In this document: piece after piece, positions 63,301 to 64,000 of the stretch
How the letters are laid out: each line of letters begins with the position of its first letter
Numbering within the stretch: position 1 is the first letter of the stretch
Assembly: GCA_043228905.1 (NCBI GenBank)
Contig: JBHGNT010000004.1
Coordinates: 12,710,001 to 12,774,000, forward strand
Length of the DNA: 64,000 bases
Direction of reading: 5' to 3'
Source of the DNA: Azolla caroliniana
Lineage: Eukaryota; Plantae; Polypodiophyta
Program-made: the position numbers and the translations under genes
Notes under the pieces: generated by a model
Told to the model about the DNA's origin: nothing
What the model saw: the letters and a program-made list of their open reading frames with translations, nothing else
Databases searched by the model: none

Positions 63301-64000
63301 ACGGGTCTTTAAAGGTGTCGACCGAGAAGGCCTCGACATCAGCTAATGTCAGATTACGCCGATCTACCCGCCAGAAGAATCCTGTTTTGCGGTTCGGATA
63401 CAACGAGTACATGGCGCATCATTATGCGTACATGACCCGTGTAGCGGAAGTGCGTGAGCCGGAGAGCTATGCAGAAGCGGCTAAAGACGCGAATTGGCGT
63501 GCCGTGATGGAAGAAGAGATGCACGCATTGGCAGAGAACGAGACCTGGGACCTGGTTGACGCACCAACAGGGGTAAAACCGATCGGGTGTAGGTGGGTGT
63601 ACAAGGTCAAGTACAACACCGATGGCTCGGTAAACTGGTACAAGGCTCGGCTAGTGGCAAAGGGCTACGCACAGAAACACAGCATCGACTACGATGAGAC
63701 GTTTGCGCCGGTCGCGAAAATGACGACCGTCCGTGTTTTGCTCGCAGTAGCTGCGGTGAAGGGGTGGCACTTATATCAGATGGATGTAAAGAATGCGTTC
63801 CTGCAAGGTGACCTTGAGGAACAGGTGTACATGGTACAGCCCCCCGGATTTCACTCTAGAACGAACTCCTCGGCAGTATGCCGACTGAAGAAGTCCCTTT
63901 ACGGACTGAAGCATGCCCCGCGTGCCTGGAACGCGAAGATCACGCAACAACTGCGTCGGATGGGCTTCGTCACGTCAAAATCGGACTCTTCCCTGTTCAT
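60316..64000 (+). mobile_element. Ty1/copia (family C-related), continues beyond the window
   Basis: LTR 60316-60685, PBS 60686-60697, ATG at 60758. After an early TAG and a frameshift near 60910, the frame carries CCHC, WYIDSGASNH, LWHKRIGH, QNGVAERKN and RT motifs to the window edge. Confidence 0.92.

Overview
This is a plant heterochromatic window made almost entirely of nested LTR retrotransposons. Tcn1-like and Phygy-like lineages suggest a non-seed land plant (inference). There is no intact host gene. The backbone is a decayed minus-strand non-chromovirus (Athila/Tat-like) Ty3/gypsy element, ~19761-57930. Inserted in it are a near-intact relative (20910-30801, TSD GAACC), a full-length copia (33031-38475, TSD CTATG) and a five-level nest: gypsy > copia > copia > non-autonomous LTR element carrying a RING-E3 gene fragment > chromovirus. 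Main discovery: both non-chromovirus gypsy elements lack a polypurine tract. Instead, exactly 2 nt before the 3' LTR, they carry a copy of a tRNA-Arg-like 3' end (...GGGTTCGA-N14/15-TCCCA(T/C)GGGCGTGCCA). This is a second, antisense primer-binding site and suggests tRNA priming of both DNA strands. Both elements also share a conserved accessory ORF after pol. tRNA assignments are from recalled plant tRNA 3' ends and need alignment to confirm.
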